Shown in pieces: positions 60,964-64,000 of a DNA stretch of 64,000 nt. The stretch is from NCBI GenBank assembly GCA_963847125.1, contig CAWJYM010000006.1, positions 6,602-70,601 on the forward strand, written 5' to 3'. Source of the stretch: an uncultured Acidobacteriota bacterium. GTDB lineage: Bacteria > Acidobacteriota > Vicinamibacteria > Vicinamibacterales > 2-12-FULL-66-21. The position numbers were made by a program, and so were the translations under genes. The first letter of the stretch is position 1, and the number at the start of each line of letters is the position of its first letter. A model generated the notes under the pieces. That model was not told the DNA's origin, searched no databases, and was given only the letters and a program-made list of their open reading frames with translations.

Positions 60964-61572
60964 ATGCGTGTAGCAACAGCGGTTCTGGCTGCGGTCCTGC
61001 TCGGAGCAGGGTCGGCGGCCGCGCAGGACGTCAGCGGCGGCGTGAAGGGGGGCGTCAACTTCGCGAACATCGTCATCGACGGCGACGCCGCCGACCTCAA
61101 TCTGGAGACTCGCATCGGCCTGGTCGCGGGCGGGTTCGTGACGTGGCCGATCACGCCGCGGTTTGACATTCAGCCGGAAGCGCTCGTCAGCCTCAAGGGC
61201 GCCTCGTTCGACGAGTTCGGCGTCGAGGCGGACATCGAGCTCACCTACCTCGAGTTTCCAATCCTGTTCCGCTACGGGTCGCCCATCTCGTCCGGCTCGT
61301 CGCTCAAGGTGTTCGCCGGACCGTCACTCGCCTTCAAGCTGAACGCGGAGACGACCGGAGAGTTCCTCGGCATGTCCGAAAATCAGGATATCGACGACGA
61401 TGTGGAGAGCTTCGACTTCGGCCTCGTGATCGGCGCCGGCATCGAGGCGGGTCACTTCACGTTCGACGGCCGGTACACATGGGGGCTCACCAACATCAAC
61501 GCCGAACCCCAGCAGGACGACACCTCGGTCAAGAATCGCGTCTTCTCGCTCCTGGTCGGATTCCGGTTCTGA
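60964..61572 (+). CDS. small OM beta-barrel protein (paralog 2)
   Basis: ATG 60964 gives MRVATAVLAAVLLGAGSAAAQDVSGGVKGGVNFANI..YLEFPILFRYG..FDFGLVIGAGIEAGHFTFDGRYTWGLTNIN..VFSLLVGFRF. Confidence 0.65.
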   Translation: MRVATAVLAAVLLGAGSAAAQDVSGGVKGGVNFANIVIDGDAADLNLETRIGLVAGGFVTWPITPRFDIQPEALVSLKGASFDEFGVEADIELTYLEFPILFRYGSPISSGSSLKVFAGPSLAFKLNAETTGEFLGMSENQDIDDDVESFDFGLVIGAGIEAGHFTFDGRYTWGLTNINAEPQQDDTSVKNRVFSLLVGFRF

Positions 61573-61593
61573 GGAGTATCATCCTCCTTCTTG

Positions 61594-61616
61594 GCAGCCC
61601 TGAAGGGCTGCGCTAC
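61594..61616. repeat. short REP hairpin GCAGCCC-TGAA-GGGCTGC-GCTAC (copy 2)
   Basis: See 56672..56694. Confidence 0.6.
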
Positions 61617-61646
61617 GTCTCGGATGTGGACGAAGGAGGGATCGTC

Positions 61647-62678
61647 ATGCGCAAACTGACGATAGTGGCGCTCCTCATCGCGTGTTTCGCCCTCGCGTGC
61701 GGCGGGCCGTCGGGCGGCCGCCCGGCGCAGGGCCCGCCCGCGCGCGTCAAGATCGGCCTTCTGATGGACGACGTCCAGCAGGAACGGTGGCAGCGCGATC
61801 GTGATCTGTTCGTGGCGCGCGCCAAAGAGCTGCGGGCCGAGGTGCTCGTGCGGTCGGCCGACCTCGATCAGGCGAAGCAGATCCAGCAGGCCGAGGAGCT
61901 GTTGAAGGAAGGCGTCAAAGTCCTGGTCGTCGTCCCGCACGACGCCGAGAAGGCCGCGGCGATCGTCGAGACGGCCAAGAAGCAGAACGTGCCCGTGATC
62001 AGCTACGACCGGTTGATCCGCAACGCCGACGTCGATCTCTACGTCTCCTTCGACAACGTCAAGGTTGGCGAGATGCAGGCGCGATATCTGCTCGACCGCG
62101 CGCCCAAGGGCAACTATCTCCTGATCGGGGGCGCGCCGACCGACAACAACGCCAAGCTCCTGCGCGAAGGGCAGATGAAGGTGCTCGAGCCGGCGATCAA
62201 GCGCGGCGACGTCAGGATCGTCGGCGATTACTGGGCGGACAACTGGGAAGCGGCGTCGGCGGAGAAGCACACGGAAGAGACGCTGAAAAAGACCCGCAAC
62301 AATCTCGCCGCGGTCGTCGCCTCGAACGACGTCACGGCAGGCGGCGTCATCCGCGCGCTCGAGAAGCAGAAGCTGGCCGGCAAAGTGCTCGTGTCCGGGC
62401 AGGATGCCGAGTTGCCGGCGGTTCAACGGCTGGTGGCGGGAACGCAGGCGATGACGGTGTACAAGCGCATTACGCCCCTCGCGCGCACGGCCGCGCGCTC
62501 CGCTGTGGACCTCGCCGACGGCGACAAGGTCGACGGCACATCGACCGTCAACAACGGCCGCAAGGACGTTCCGGCGCTTCTCCTCGATGGAATGCCCGTC
62601 GACAAGGAAAACGTCGAGCAGACGGTCGTCGCCGACGGGTTCCACAAGAAGGAGGAGGTTTTCAAACCCAAGCCTTGA
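61647..62678 (+). CDS. xylF: D-xylose-type ABC transporter substrate-binding lipoprotein
   Basis: ATG 61647 follows GAAGGAGGG and gives the lipobox LIACFALAC. KIGLLMDDVQQERWQRDRDLF..ISYDRLIRNADVDLYVSFDNVKVGEMQA..APTDNNAKLLREGQMKVL..VVASNDVTAGGVI..VSGQDAELPAVQRLVAGTQAMTVYK is colinear with E. coli XylF as I remember it. Confidence 0.8.
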   Translation: MRKLTIVALLIACFALACGGPSGGRPAQGPPARVKIGLLMDDVQQERWQRDRDLFVARAKELRAEVLVRSADLDQAKQIQQAEELLKEGVKVLVVVPHDAEKAAAIVETAKKQNVPVISYDRLIRNADVDLYVSFDNVKVGEMQARYLLDRAPKGNYLLIGGAPTDNNAKLLREGQMKVLEPAIKRGDVRIVGDYWADNWEAASAEKHTEETLKKTRNNLAAVVASNDVTAGGVIRALEKQKLAGKVLVSGQDAELPAVQRLVAGTQAMTVYKRITPLARTAARSAVDLADGDKVDGTSTVNNGRKDVPALLLDGMPVDKENVEQTVVADGFHKKEEVFKPKP

Positions 62679-62679
62679 A

Positions 62680-62748
62680 TCAATGCTGAATGCGGAATGC
62701 TGAGTGCTGAATGACATTCCACATTCAGCACTCCACAATCAGCATTGG
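62680..62748. repeat. hairpin made of inverted arrays of (A/G)TGCTGA motifs; probable bidirectional terminator
   Basis: AATGCTGAATGCGGAATGCTGAGTGCTGAATG-ACA-TTCCACATTCAGCACTCCACAATCAGCATT. It lies between convergent xylF and the HAD gene. Confidence 0.65.
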
Positions 62749-63452
62749 GAAACTCTCGCCACCAGCTCGTCCAGCGACCTGACGCGCTCGCACGGGTATT
62801 CCGCGTACAGATCGAGCGGATCGAGGAGCATCGCGCGAATCCCGGCCGCGCGCGCGCCGACGACGTCGACGTGGTAGATGTCGCCGACATGCAGCGTGCT
62901 CTCGCGGCGCGCGCCGAGCCGCTCGAGCGCGCACTCGAAGATGCGCGCGTCCGGCTTCTCGATCCCCACCTCGGCTGAATCGATCACGCAGTCGACGCAT
63001 CGCGCGAGGCCCACGCGCTCGAACTTCGCGCAGAGCGTGCCGTTGGCGTTCGACACGACCGCCAGCTGAAGTCCGAGCCGGCGCAATCGTTCCAGCGCCG
63101 GAACGACGTCGGGCGGAACCACCTCCCAGAGATTGTGTCGGGCGTGATAGGTCCGCAGCTCATCGAGCGCGGCGTCCCGCTCCCGGCTCGGCGGAACGCC
63201 GGCCGCGTCGAAGACGAGGTCGAGGTACCGCCGGCCTCGTTTCTCGTCCGGCGCCGAACGAATCAGGGCGGGCTCGTCGATCTGCTTCCGGACGTGAGGC
63301 TCCCCCGCCGCCAGCTTCCCGGGATCCACCTTGATTCCGTGTTGTCCCAGAACCGCGCTGACGCGGGTCCAGTTGGGAAACACGAGCACGCCGCCGGCGT
63401 CGAGGAAGAGGGTCTTGACCCTCACCGACACATCTGACACGCCAGTCGTCAC
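62739..63452 (-). CDS. HAD-superfamily hydrolase
   Basis: Intact 237 aa: LFLDAGGVLVFPNW (motif I variant DAGG), ..VVSNANG.., ..HVGDIYHVDVVGARAAG. Confidence 0.65.
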   Translation of the reverse strand: MTTGVSDVSVRVKTLFLDAGGVLVFPNWTRVSAVLGQHGIKVDPGKLAAGEPHVRKQIDEPALIRSAPDEKRGRRYLDLVFDAAGVPPSRERDAALDELRTYHARHNLWEVVPPDVVPALERLRRLGLQLAVVSNANGTLCAKFERVGLARCVDCVIDSAEVGIEKPDARIFECALERLGARRESTLHVGDIYHVDVVGARAAGIRAMLLDPLDLYAEYPCERVRSLDELVARVSQC

Positions 63453-64000
63453 TGCGCGGAACGCGCTCGGTCGACTGGTGCGTGGTTCAGGCGAGCTGCC
63501 TCAACCGAATCGACATCCGAGGCGGGCAGCAAGATGCGGAAGGTCGCACCCAGTCCCTCCCCCGGGCTTTCGGCCAGGGTCTTTCCTCCGTGGAGCTCGA
63601 CGATCTCTCGCACGAGCGAAAGGCCCAGCCCCAATCCGCCGGCACGGGTCGAGTTGGTGTCAGCCTGACGGAACCGTTCGAAGACATGCGGGAGTTGGTC
63701 CGGACGAATGCCGATGCCTGTGTCGCTGACGGCGATTTCCACGAAGCGGTCCGAGGTGGCGACCTTGACGTCGATGCGTCCATCCTTGCTCGTAAACTTC
63801 ACGGCATTGACGAGCAGGTTCCACACGGCCTGCTTGAGGCGATCGTGATCGCCGCGGCACTCGTGGGTGCCTGTCTCGATCGCGATATCGATTCGCAGGC
63901 CTTTGCCTTCTGCGGTCGACTGGACGGCTTCGATGGCGCCGTTGACGACGGCGGCGAGATTCACCGGCTGACGTTGGAGCTCGAGCTTGCCGTTGATGAT
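63449..64000 (-). CDS. sensor histidine kinase, C-terminal HATPase_c part; N-terminus off the right edge
   Basis: The open frame continues to the window end (..IINGKLELQRQPVNLAAVV..). N-box NLLVNAVKFT and G-boxes DTGIGI..GGLGLGLSLV. Confidence 0.8.
   Translation of the reverse strand: MINGKLELQRQPVNLAAVVNGAIEAVQSTAEGKGLRIDIAIETGTHECRGDHDRLKQAVWNLLVNAVKFTSKDGRIDVKVATSDRFVEIAVSDTGIGIRPDQLPHVFERFRQADTNSTRAGGLGLGLSLVREIVELHGGKTLAESPGEGLGATFRILLPASDVDSVEAARLNHAPVDRARSAQ

Overview
High-GC chromosomal segment, probably from an Acidobacteria-type soil bacterium. That assignment is inference only, based on an ADOP-type duplicated MacB/FtsX permease next to PadR, a TonB receptor with a carboxypeptidase-regulatory domain, and many GC-rich REP-like hairpins. 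I saw no rRNA, tRNA, CRISPR, transposase, integrase or phage genes, so this looks like core chromosome rather than an island.

Gene content, left to right:
- A long minus-strand operon of porins, a secreted amidohydrolase, periplasmic glutaminase and asparaginase, an Asp:Ala antiporter and aspartate 4-decarboxylase.
- A lipoprotein-porin pair.
- A complete F1Fo ATP synthase operon (atpBEFHAGDC) translationally coupled to a SulP/STAS transporter.
- Three paralogous PAS-GAF sigma-54 activators interleaved with envelope operons: ABM-PPK2-DUF3300/DUF2950-MscS; DUF3302-HlyD-OMF; DUF4136/Gly-zipper; and a STAS-like protein plus a 800-aa Tyr/Gly-rich secreted protein.
- A BASS transporter, a TonB receptor, mobA, and gntK-zwf-gnd.
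- An ECF sigma factor and a di-haem protein.
- A MASE1 histidine kinase with two response regulators.
- A tandem YjbQ-like protein, PadR-ADOP, two small OM barrels, an orphan XylF-like binding protein, a HAD hydrolase and a partial kinase.

Main hunt result: eight intergenic -24/-12 (sigma-54) promoter candidates. Most are arranged back-to-back around four copies of a conserved 28-bp site (ATTCCGG-N5-CTCCG-N6-CGG core). The three activators carry near-identical DNA-recognition helices. This predicts one regulon that joins the Asp-decarboxylation pmf module, the ATP synthase and several envelope operons of unknown function.

Second-order observations:
- Roughly 25-30 single-base frameshifts, including in atpA and atpD, many at short homopolymers. 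These look like sequence errors rather than pseudogenes.
- A family of hairpins built from inverted arrays of 6-7-nt motifs.
- A 34-bp tandem repeat.

All coordinates of frameshifts and starts are hand-derived and approximate. Long antisense ORFs in the track (e.g. 86..3187, 51700..54258, 37907..40108) are GC shadows.
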